A stretch of DNA of 64,000 bases from Chlorobiota bacterium (GTDB lineage Bacteria > Bacteroidota > Ignavibacteria > Kapaibacteriales > NICIL-2), in the NCBI GenBank assembly GCA_044228285.1, contig JBGAVD010000002.1, positions 225,653 to 289,652 of the forward strand, given 5' to 3'. The notes below the pieces were generated by a model, which had not been told where the DNA came from, made no database searches, and worked only from the letters and a program-made list of their open reading frames with translations. Positions 10,127-19,187 of this stretch are shown here, piece by piece (position 1 is the stretch's first letter; each line of letters starts with the position of its first letter). A program made the translations under genes and the position numbers.

Positions 10127-12235
10127 ATGGAAGTTTGCCTCATCATTGCGTTTTGCGTCTGCTTTTGCTCAAATCTCCTTCACGCTCAAGATCGTGTTGA
10201 TTTTGTGGATGAGTTTAGCTCTAATGCTAAAGGTTGGATGGAGGCAAACAATTCTGATCATGAGTTCGGTGTTCGAGATGGTGAGTACCAATTGAAGAAG
10301 AAGAAGGGTGCTGGTACTTACATGGTGTGGCAAAAAGTTGTCATGGATGACAAACGTGATTGGACTATTGAGGCAACTGTGAAGTTAGTGGATGGTGATG
10401 ATACACGAGGCTATGGCTTGTTGTTTGGAACAGCTAACAGCGATAGCAACTATGCTTTCGTACTCTCAGGTAACGGTTCTGCAGCTGTGTATGCACGCGC
10501 AGGCTCTTGGTTTCAGTTCTTGTTGCCATGGCGCAGTACGGCTGCAAATCGTAAAATCGGACAGTGGAACACACTCAAGATCGTTCGTGAGTATGATGTC
10601 CTGGCTTTCTTCGTAAATGGCACCTGTGTTGGTTCACTCACGGCATCAACCTATCCGAAGCGTGGCGATTATGTGGGTTTTGTGGTCGAGAACGTTATGA
10701 AGGTTGCAATCGACCGAATAGAAGTGAAGTCCTCACCAGCAAATCGTCAACCGCAGGATGTTGGAGATGGTGGGATAGCAATTGAACGTATAAACCTTGG
10801 ACCGAAAGTGAATACAAGCGTTGAAGAGATCGCGCCAATCCCAAGTGCTGATGGCCGAACCATCTATTTTGTTCGACGTCTTCATTCACAGAACACAGGA
10901 TCAGATTTAGCAGACGATATCTGGTACTCTACCAAAGACTCGACAAATAGCTGGTCTGAAGCCAAGAACATGGGCAAGCCTCTGAACAATACCGGCAACA
11001 ACAATGTCATTTCTGTTGCTCCTGATCATAACACTTTGATTATTCAAAACACCTATACCTCTTCTGGTGAGCCTGCCGGAGGTGGATTGTCGATCTCTCA
11101 CCGCACACAAACTGGTTGGGAGATACCGAAAACCATTCGTCTCGACAGTGGATACAATCTCAATCAATATTCAGAGTATTGTCTCTCACCAGATGGCAAG
11201 GTGCTCATTGCCTCCATTGAACAACACGATACAAAGGGTTCAAAGGACTTGTATGCGTTTTTCCGCTTGACCGATACAACGTTCTCGAAACCCAAGCATA
11301 TAACCGAACTCTCAACTCTCGGTTCCGATATGGCTCCCTTTGTTGCTAGTGATAGCAAGACCATGTACTTCAGCTCGAATGGAAGGGCTGGATATGGAGG
11401 CGAAGACATTTTTGTAACACGGCGATTGGATTCAACCTGGCTGCATTGGTCTGAACCTATGAACCTCGGCAACAAGATCAATTCGGAATGGTTTGATGCC
11501 TATTTCCGTACGACGGCCAGAGGTGATTCTGCATACATGATTACCTCGTCAAACAGCCTTGGGGGAACTGATATCGTTCGCTTATCGGTGCCAATGGGCG
11601 CGAGACCTCAGACCGTGAGCTTGATCTCAGGTCATGTGTACGATGCGAAAACGAAGTTGCCACTCGCTGCGACGGTGAAGTATGAAGACCTTTCAACAAA
11701 CCAAGAAGTTGGAATAGCTCGCTCGAATCCAAAAGATGGTGCTTACTCTATCGCGCTTCCAGCCGGCCAATTGTATGGCTTTCGCGCTGAACAGGAGGGA
11801 TACTATCCAGTAAGCGAGCAACTTGATACGCGCTCGCTGAAGGCGTATGAAGAACTGAACAAAGATCTGTATCTCATACCTATTGAAGTTGATGCGAGAA
11901 TTCGTCTGAACAATCTCTTCTTTGATGTTGCGAAGTCTGTTCTCAGACCTGAGTCCGCAAACGAGCTCGATCGCTTGATTGACTTTCTTGTCAGCCACCC
12001 AGCTATACACATCACTATTGAAGGTCATACGGACAACGCTGGCGACGATAAGTCGAACATGCTCCTCTCACAAAACCGCGCTCTTGCAGTACAGAAATAC
12101 CTGTCGAACAAAGGCGTTCAAGTATCTCGTATGAATTCTAAAGGCTTTGGTAAGACCGTTCCGGTGGAACCGAATACCACAGAGCAAGGACGCCAGAAGA
12201 ATCGTCGAGTGGAGTTTGTGATTACGAAAAAGTAG
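10127..12235 (+). CDS. OmpA-family outer-membrane protein with TolB-like (PD40/WD40-like) beta-propeller repeats
   Basis: C-terminal OmpA_C peptidoglycan-binding domain (NNLFFDVAKSVL...TDNAGDDKSNMLLSQNRALAV...NRRVEF); N-terminal signal peptide; central PD40-like repeats. Confidence 0.8.
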   Translation: MEVCLIIAFCVCFCSNLLHAQDRVDFVDEFSSNAKGWMEANNSDHEFGVRDGEYQLKKKKGAGTYMVWQKVVMDDKRDWTIEATVKLVDGDDTRGYGLLFGTANSDSNYAFVLSGNGSAAVYARAGSWFQFLLPWRSTAANRKIGQWNTLKIVREYDVLAFFVNGTCVGSLTASTYPKRGDYVGFVVENVMKVAIDRIEVKSSPANRQPQDVGDGGIAIERINLGPKVNTSVEEIAPIPSADGRTIYFVRRLHSQNTGSDLADDIWYSTKDSTNSWSEAKNMGKPLNNTGNNNVISVAPDHNTLIIQNTYTSSGEPAGGGLSISHRTQTGWEIPKTIRLDSGYNLNQYSEYCLSPDGKVLIASIEQHDTKGSKDLYAFFRLTDTTFSKPKHITELSTLGSDMAPFVASDSKTMYFSSNGRAGYGGEDIFVTRRLDSTWLHWSEPMNLGNKINSEWFDAYFRTTARGDSAYMITSSNSLGGTDIVRLSVPMGARPQTVSLISGHVYDAKTKLPLAATVKYEDLSTNQEVGIARSNPKDGAYSIALPAGQLYGFRAEQEGYYPVSEQLDTRSLKAYEELNKDLYLIPIEVDARIRLNNLFFDVAKSVLRPESANELDRLIDFLVSHPAIHITIEGHTDNAGDDKSNMLLSQNRALAVQKYLSNKGVQVSRMNSKGFGKTVPVEPNTTEQGRQKNRRVEFVITKK

Positions 12236-12674
12236 TGTCGTTTGAGTTTTAGCTCTTGAGCGCCAATCTCGTAGAGAGTGTCGTAGAGTCTAAGTGCACA
12301 GATATCTTCGAAGCTTTAATCAGCTGCATAGCTGAGTATGTTAATTACCCTTGCTTACTGTTTCTTAGGCTGTTAGGTCTACAACACACAGACCTACGCT
12401 CGCGTCCCAGCTATGGAATTTGCTGACAGAATATCTGCATACCTTCTGTCTAGCGGAGAGATTATTGTTGTGTGCAGTCATGCATAACCTATACATAATT
12501 GCAAAAAGCATTAAGAAAAAACTACCGCTAACTCTTTTAGAGAGAAGAAGATAGCCTTGCTTTTCGGTCTTGCGCGGTTATATTTGCCCTACCACCTACC
12601 GCTCGTATCCTACACCACATCACATAGTTAGCTAAGCCGGTTTGTCATACAGGATCCCACTATTAGGAGAGTCT

Positions 12675-14657
12675 ATGTCAAAGGTGTTTCGTTTCCATTC
12701 TCAGTGGAAAGCATTCCAACGCGCAGTGTTGAGATCTTCTTCCCGCTTGCAGCTGATTTGGTTCGCGCTGTGCTCGACAGTCTTTTTCCTGAGTTGTTCG
12801 ACGAACGCTCCAACAGGTCCAAACAATCGCATTAGCGCTGAAGCACCTGTACAAGTGGCTACTCAAAGTATAGGATCTGGAGGTGGAACCTTGCTGTATA
12901 GTGACGCATCTGATTCACTCAGTGGTCTGCGTATTGATGTACCGGCTGGTGCTATCACATCTTCAGCAAGTTTTAACGTTGGTGTGGGAGCAATCCGTCA
13001 GCATGGTTTTCGTTCAGATGTGAAGCTCTTGACCCCTCTTATCAGCTTCTCAAACGGAGGAGTGATGAGCAAGGAACCAATGACGATCACTATTCCGATT
13101 CATAATCCATCGCATCGCTTCGCGCTGCCTTTTCTCTACGATGAACAAACGCATAAACTAGAAGCCCTTTCAGTCGTGGAGCAAGACTCGTCGAAGATCC
13201 GATTCCTCATGAGCAACTTTAGAAATTCGAAGACAGCTGGTATTCTCACGCTTACCGAGGAGACTCATTCAAGTGTTGTGGTACTGAGCACAGATGCTGC
13301 TTTGTTAACAGAGAGCTACGACAGTGGCTTTCAAATGGGCGAGGACAACTGTCAGTTCCTGAATTATGGATCGGAGATTGCACCCAGCGGACACTGCGGT
13401 GGACAAACCATTGCCGCTGCCTGGTACTATCAGGCAAAAAAAAAGAAAGGAAGTCCAGGTCTCTTTGGACTTTACGACAACGACGGCATTCAGCTCACGC
13501 CTAAGATCTGGCAAGATGATCAAGCTCTGTATCGCTACTGTTCACTCATACAAACACACTCCCCATGGTCTGGGCTGAAGTACTGGGACAACAATACCAG
13601 CGAGCGAGATGTACTTAGCTATAAGTCGATTGCATTTGCCATACGTGAAACCGGTTGTCCACAGCCGCTTTACGTCTTCGATGGTGACAAGATCGCTCAC
13701 GCTATCTTGGCAACGCGTGTTTCAAACGGCATCATTGCGGTGGCAGATCCGAACTACTTCACTGAAAGTAAGATTGAGCTCAACAAACGACTGGGTGATT
13801 TCGAACCATACAATCTTTCTCGCTATGTTGGTGACACTCGCTTTAACTGCATTCACATCTATCACGCCTCATTAAGCCAGATAACCGACCTCGAATATTG
13901 CGCTGAGCAGTGGAACAAAGTCTTGGATGGCACCTGCGGTACTGCTGAATTCAGCAAGCCCCGCATTCAGTTACTCAACAAAGCAGGTGAATACGAAACC
14001 GTTGAAAAGGGAAAGGTGATCAAGATCAACGAGCACTCAACACTCGAGCTAAGCCTAAATGGTGCTGCTGTTAACGCAATCGTTTTTGATCGCGCCACAC
14101 AACAGGAGTTGTTCCGTGACCAACGTGATTTCGTGCTTTCGGCTGGAAAGCACACCATTGGTGTGTACTGTTATAGTCCAACACCAAAGAACATCTACGG
14201 TTTGTATATAGGATTTCAATGGATTGATGTCGAGGTGAGCGCAGAGGAGGGTCCGATGTCCGGAGACATTGCGCTCAACCTCAGCATAAATGGAGCAGCT
14301 GCTCAAGTGAAGAAAGCCACTTTCGAGATTCAGGGCGAGCCTGTACATGGGTACTTCTTGGTGATCAACGCAGAACTTTTGAATCCAAACGGTGCCGTTG
14401 ATGGGTTTATGATACACTCCGGCTTACTCGTTGGCGGCACCTACGAAGGTGTGCCACATCCTTTTACTTCTTGGTCTCACTTTGAGAAGATTGACCAGTT
14501 GGCAACTGTTTACGGAGTTTCAGATCGAGCTAGCAGCACCATGAAGGTTCTCGCTTGGCGTCCAGGTGTTCTTGACGGGAGCTTTGATTTTAGTGTTGTC
14601 TCTGAGAAAGATGCAACCAAGCAAGCGCAGTGCAAGGGCTCGTTTCATCTGCCCTGA
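12675..14657 (+). CDS. Hypothetical secreted protein/lipoprotein
   Basis: AGGAG 6 nt upstream of the ATG at 12675; hydrophobic N-terminal segment; no recognisable family. Contains GHCGGQTIAAAWYY, a possible Cys/His active site (speculative). Confidence 0.5.
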   Translation: MSKVFRFHSQWKAFQRAVLRSSSRLQLIWFALCSTVFFLSCSTNAPTGPNNRISAEAPVQVATQSIGSGGGTLLYSDASDSLSGLRIDVPAGAITSSASFNVGVGAIRQHGFRSDVKLLTPLISFSNGGVMSKEPMTITIPIHNPSHRFALPFLYDEQTHKLEALSVVEQDSSKIRFLMSNFRNSKTAGILTLTEETHSSVVVLSTDAALLTESYDSGFQMGEDNCQFLNYGSEIAPSGHCGGQTIAAAWYYQAKKKKGSPGLFGLYDNDGIQLTPKIWQDDQALYRYCSLIQTHSPWSGLKYWDNNTSERDVLSYKSIAFAIRETGCPQPLYVFDGDKIAHAILATRVSNGIIAVADPNYFTESKIELNKRLGDFEPYNLSRYVGDTRFNCIHIYHASLSQITDLEYCAEQWNKVLDGTCGTAEFSKPRIQLLNKAGEYETVEKGKVIKINEHSTLELSLNGAAVNAIVFDRATQQELFRDQRDFVLSAGKHTIGVYCYSPTPKNIYGLYIGFQWIDVEVSAEEGPMSGDIALNLSINGAAAQVKKATFEIQGEPVHGYFLVINAELLNPNGAVDGFMIHSGLLVGGTYEGVPHPFTSWSHFEKIDQLATVYGVSDRASSTMKVLAWRPGVLDGSFDFSVVSEKDATKQAQCKGSFHLP

Positions 14658-14947
14658 GAGTTCAGGTGTTACTCGATCAAACGTGTACTCTGCATCGAGG
14701 GTATCAGGCTTGAAAATGAGACTTCACACAGGGTAGTATCTGTTGACACCAAGTGGGGAGTGACTTGATTGGGTTATCGCTTATGTACGTCGCTCTGCTG
14801 AACAACGGGCGCTCTGTTCATGTGAGTGCTTCGATTGAGCACAGAGACTTCTCATCTTGCCTCCCTTTGCCATTCGCGCTGTTATCGTAAAAGTTGTAAG
14901 CGATTCGATTTTGCTTACCTATCATCTCAATCTTTAGAGGAATAGCT

Positions 14948-16120
14948 ATGCGAGCTTCTCTGCAAGAATGGAAGAAACGCAGCTTTGGAATTTGCATTCT
15001 GCTGGCTGTCACGTGTCTCATACAACCTTTACAATCACAAGTGAGCGTTCACCTCACTCAACCTCCTACCAATCAACTTCGCGTTGCTGATCTCTGGCGT
15101 TTGAGTGTGACGAATTCCAGCGCTTCAATAAAACGAGTGTATATGCAGGGTCTTGTACGCGAACGACAAAGTGGAGAAATTGTCCGCGCAACGACAAAGA
15201 GCTTTGTGTTGAAGCCAGGCGAGAGCAAGGTTTTTAACCCCTCAACTGTTCCCTCCAGCACCGTCCAATGGTCGAATGTTCGATACAAGAACATACTCAC
15301 AACGAGCGGTCAAGCACCATCAGGAAACTACACTATTTGTATCTCAGTGTTTGATGAGTCAACAGCTATCGAGCTAGGGAGCGACTGTATAGAACAGAGT
15401 GTTGAGATTGCATCGTCGATTGAGTTGAGCGCACCGGAAGATGAAGCTGTGCTCTCAGGTAGCACCGAGGTATTCAGTTGGCTACCTCCGAGTGTGAATC
15501 CTGGTCAACTGCGATACGTCCTTAGGATTTACGATTTGCGGAATCAGCAGTCCGCGAAGGAGTTCATTAGCTCAGGTTCTGCCGTCCTGACGAACCAAAA
15601 TGTGAATACCAATTCTTTCGTTCTTGGTATTGCATCACGTGGGCTTCGAGCTGGACGACGTTATGCCTGGCAAGTGGAAGCAAGGTCTGGTGATCTGCTC
15701 ATAGCGTCAAGTGAAGTTCGCTTTTTTAAAGTTGCAGCGGCTGAAAGGAAGATGATCAGTCGTCAAAAAGCCATTGATATCATCTTGAAGACGATTCTGG
15801 TTCCTCCAACATTGAATCATCGGGTAACGGTGTATCTCGGTATGGAAGTGAGTCCGATTGGTGCTGTCGTTCAACCATTCATGATCGACGATAAACGGCG
15901 GACCCTAACACAACCCACATGGTTCGCCTGGATTAACGATGATCCCACAGCGTACTTCGAGCATCCAACTCGCTTCGTCTACATCAATGCGTACACTGGT
16001 GAATTCGAGATACAAAACGAAGGATGGTGGCCCGTGGTGAATGGCGAGTCCTTGTGGATGCACAATGAAGAAAAATCAAATCCAAGCGTGCTCATCTATT
16101 CTGATGTTCACTTAAAGTAG
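14948..16120 (+). CDS. Hypothetical secreted protein
   Basis: Signal peptide (FGICILLAVTCLIQPLQSQ) and coding-like composition; no family recognised. Confidence 0.5.
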   Translation: MRASLQEWKKRSFGICILLAVTCLIQPLQSQVSVHLTQPPTNQLRVADLWRLSVTNSSASIKRVYMQGLVRERQSGEIVRATTKSFVLKPGESKVFNPSTVPSSTVQWSNVRYKNILTTSGQAPSGNYTICISVFDESTAIELGSDCIEQSVEIASSIELSAPEDEAVLSGSTEVFSWLPPSVNPGQLRYVLRIYDLRNQQSAKEFISSGSAVLTNQNVNTNSFVLGIASRGLRAGRRYAWQVEARSGDLLIASSEVRFFKVAAAERKMISRQKAIDIILKTILVPPTLNHRVTVYLGMEVSPIGAVVQPFMIDDKRRTLTQPTWFAWINDDPTAYFEHPTRFVYINAYTGEFEIQNEGWWPVVNGESLWMHNEEKSNPSVLIYSDVHLK

Positions 16121-16165
16121 CGTACTGTGTGACAACACTATTACCAACTCACTGGCCAGACGCAT

Positions 16166-18670
16166 ATGACAAGTATTCCGATACCGATACGACACGCAGC
16201 CCACAAGCGATCAGCACGAACAATTTTGCGGGTCATACTGGCTACGTTGTATATGATTCTCATCGCTGCGACGCCCAAAACCTTGCTTGCAACCACAACT
16301 GGCTTCTTTGTTGATGGTGGTTATTCACCTGGCAAGACTGACTCGGACATGGACAAGACCATAGACAAACGGCTCAAAGAAGCAGAGGACATCCTCAAGT
16401 CAAAAGATCCTGCTGCGCAGACTGGTCAGTATAAAAGCAAAGCTGAGTTTTTGAAAGCTCTCGAGAATACGAACTGCAAGTGCGGTGATGAGATTGTCGT
16501 CTATATGATGGGGCACGGTCGTCCGGGCGGTAAACTGAAATCAGCATTTATGTTTACGAAGGACGGGGAAGGATTAGAGCCAGAAGAACTACGCAAAGCC
16601 TTAACAAAAGCGGCAAAGGAATGTTGTTGCAAAATTCATGTCGTTGTTTTCTCTTGTCATAGTGGTATGTTCCTCGATGAACTGTTTAAAGAAGAACACG
16701 TCATGTCCGTGTACACAAGCAGTGCACAGAACGAACAGTCATATGCTGACGCATACTATGACGGCTCTGCCTTCGTTGACAACGGAGATTGGGCGGCTGG
16801 CTTCAACAAGGATTGGAAGAAAGATACAACCACAGGGAGTTTTAAAAAGGCTCTTGAAAACTCTTCACGTTCCGCCCGCGAAGAGATGCCGCAGGCACCA
16901 GCTGGTAAATCACAAACACCGCAAGGTTGGTCGCGAGGAGAGCATCGTGCTCTGGCACATGTCTCGGCTCGCTCAATTGACAAGAACAAGAAGATTCTGA
17001 AACTGACCATTACCTTTAGAGAACCTATTTTCTTGCGCGGAGTAGAGAAAGAAATTGATGTTCGAGATGTTCGTGTACCTGACAGCGTAAAACGATGCAT
17101 GTGGATAGAGTTCGACATCAGCACTGGTAAACCTAAAGATGCTGTAAAAGCTGTTTCGGAAGTGAAAGTGGTTTCTGCACCAACCGAGAATATCCTAGCT
17201 CACATTGAAGCAATTGGTGACAATAGTATGACGTTGCTAGTGCTAGAACCGAAGCACCTGTATCGAAAAATCATCATTGTCAAAGTGTTGCCTCCTGCCA
17301 AGATTGATAAGAGCAAACTGCGAGTCTGTAACTGGATTCGCCAGAAGATTACAATCTTAGATCCTGATTCCAAAAGTGGATATACAACGTCAGATAACCC
17401 TGTTCCGCATGAGCAGTCGTTCATATGCAAAATCCATGTGTCAAACTATATTCAGAGTAAAGGTGAGATCGAGGCACACTTGCTCGAGCCTGCATGGTTA
17501 CACTGCACGAACAAGACCTTTATCGTCCCGCCAAATGAGCGAGCAGGTCTAGGAAATCTCAAACAGTGCATGAACCTTGTTCTTCATGGCGTGTATCAAC
17601 CAAATGGGCAAATTGACGCTAGTAACGTGCGAGTTATACGATTCATAGAAAGTAATGCCTATTCAATTGATGCATCGATGAATGCTGCGCATCAGCCGGA
17701 GTATAACGAACAAAGTCGATGCTACTATCCGAGTATTGGTTTGACGAATACGGGAACAACAACAATTAACGCTGATATTCAAGCGGTTCTATGCCGACTT
17801 GAGGACAGATCCATCATTGATTCATGGTGGAAGTCAGGTGGCGGACTGCCAACAAGCGTGTGGCAACGCCGTCAACACCTAACGCAAGTTCCCTTCGCGC
17901 AGACACAGGTCGTCGAGTTTGATCGTATCGAGCAAGGTCTAGCTCCAGGCGACTATTGGATAGGATACAAATCGATGGTACAAGGAGACGAGAATCCCTC
18001 GAGTGATACTTCAAGTGTTGTCTTTCACATTGGCGAGGAAGCATCAACACTAGTACCCGGAAACCACGCTCCAGTACTCAGCAATCTAGACCTCCAACCA
18101 ACGCAGGGCCTATCCACGACTCGCTTTCGCTTTCGCATTCGCTATCAAGATGAGGATGGACATAAACCTTCGCATGCAACAGTGCTTATCGACAATATGC
18201 CTTTTGCAATGACGGCAAGTACCACTGATTACAAGAGCGGTGTTGACTATCAATACGAGACAACTCTTGATAGTGGAATTCACAAACACCGCTTCGAGTT
18301 TGCCGATGGCTATGGTGAAGGCGTGCAGACGGATGAGATGACAGGGCCCCTAGTGAACACGAGTTCCACAAATTCTGCTCCTACTATCCAACAAGGCAAT
18401 GTCAATCCAGGCAATGGTACGCAAACGACGATGTTCAAGTACACTGTAGTCTATACAGATGTAGACGGTGACATGCCCTCTCAGGCACAAGTAATCGTGG
18501 ATGGCCAGCCCTTTCAGTTGCAGCCAACAAGCACGAATGCGCGACTCGGTATCCGCTTTGAAACTCAACGAAATCTCGGGACCTCTGCTCATACTTTTCG
18601 CTTTCACTTTGACGACGGACACGGACATGTCGTCGATAGTCCACCGATGAACGGTCCCATTGTGAAGTGA
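16166..18670 (+). CDS. Membrane-anchored caspase-like (clan CD, caspase/legumain/CHAT-type His-Cys dyad) peptidase-domain protein with two tandem ~100-aa C-terminal repeat domains
   Basis: N-terminal positively charged region followed by a hydrophobic anchor. The beta-strand-His-Gly motif VVYMMGHG (His117) and the beta-strand-Cys motif HVVVFSCHSG (Cys164) lie 47 aa apart, as in caspases. Two tandem repeats at aa 634-737 and 738-834 share Y(Q/T)D(E/V)DG(H/D)(K/M)PS...(F/H)RF(E/H)F(A/D)DG(Y/H)G. Confidence 0.5.
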   Translation: MTSIPIPIRHAAHKRSARTILRVILATLYMILIAATPKTLLATTTGFFVDGGYSPGKTDSDMDKTIDKRLKEAEDILKSKDPAAQTGQYKSKAEFLKALENTNCKCGDEIVVYMMGHGRPGGKLKSAFMFTKDGEGLEPEELRKALTKAAKECCCKIHVVVFSCHSGMFLDELFKEEHVMSVYTSSAQNEQSYADAYYDGSAFVDNGDWAAGFNKDWKKDTTTGSFKKALENSSRSAREEMPQAPAGKSQTPQGWSRGEHRALAHVSARSIDKNKKILKLTITFREPIFLRGVEKEIDVRDVRVPDSVKRCMWIEFDISTGKPKDAVKAVSEVKVVSAPTENILAHIEAIGDNSMTLLVLEPKHLYRKIIIVKVLPPAKIDKSKLRVCNWIRQKITILDPDSKSGYTTSDNPVPHEQSFICKIHVSNYIQSKGEIEAHLLEPAWLHCTNKTFIVPPNERAGLGNLKQCMNLVLHGVYQPNGQIDASNVRVIRFIESNAYSIDASMNAAHQPEYNEQSRCYYPSIGLTNTGTTTINADIQAVLCRLEDRSIIDSWWKSGGGLPTSVWQRRQHLTQVPFAQTQVVEFDRIEQGLAPGDYWIGYKSMVQGDENPSSDTSSVVFHIGEEASTLVPGNHAPVLSNLDLQPTQGLSTTRFRFRIRYQDEDGHKPSHATVLIDNMPFAMTASTTDYKSGVDYQYETTLDSGIHKHRFEFADGYGEGVQTDEMTGPLVNTSSTNSAPTIQQGNVNPGNGTQTTMFKYTVVYTDVDGDMPSQAQVIVDGQPFQLQPTSTNARLGIRFETQRNLGTSAHTFRFHFDDGHGHVVDSPPMNGPIVK

Positions 18671-18763
18671 GCTTTAGTACTACCAGTCAAGCTTGTGTAC
18701 TGCTTGCTCAACCTCATGCACTCAGATCTTGCGACTGAGGTGCTGTGTCTGCAATGAAAGACT

Positions 18764-19186
18764 CTACTTCGCTTGCTCAGGTGCCGTTGGTATGCGATAC
18801 TTCAAAAAGAGCAAGACTGTATTGAGATCCGCTGGAGAAATGGTACGAGAGACTTCGTGAATTTTTGGATCCTGCATGACGAAGGCTGCTTCGTATGAGT
18901 CCAGCTGCTTGGATGTAAAATTTGGAATGTTGTCTTGGCCTGCAGTAAAAATTCCATGGCAGCCAGAACACTTGTCTCTGAAGATCAACTTTCCAACTTC
19001 AAGTAAGCTGTCGACCTCTGCTTGCTCTTCTGGGGGTCGCCCAGTAGCTCGATCATACACTATGGTTGGGTTTAAGTACTCTGGCTTTTTGCTTGCGCAA
19101 CTTTCAAGTACCAGGAAAGCTAGAGGAAAAGCAAGAGATAAAACTATAGGTTTGAGCATGAGTGCGGATAATAGGCGAGTGGTCAT
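18764..19186 (-). CDS. Small c-type cytochrome (lipoprotein), mono-haem
   Basis: CSGCH haem-binding motif; lipoprotein-type signal (VLESC); the ATG at 19186 lies 1 nt downstream of the stop of the upstream peroxidase gene, suggesting translational coupling. Confidence 0.65.
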   Translation of the reverse strand: MTTRLLSALMLKPIVLSLAFPLAFLVLESCASKKPEYLNPTIVYDRATGRPPEEQAEVDSLLEVGKLIFRDKCSGCHGIFTAGQDNIPNFTSKQLDSYEAAFVMQDPKIHEVSRTISPADLNTVLLFLKYRIPTAPEQAK

Positions 19187-19187
19187 C

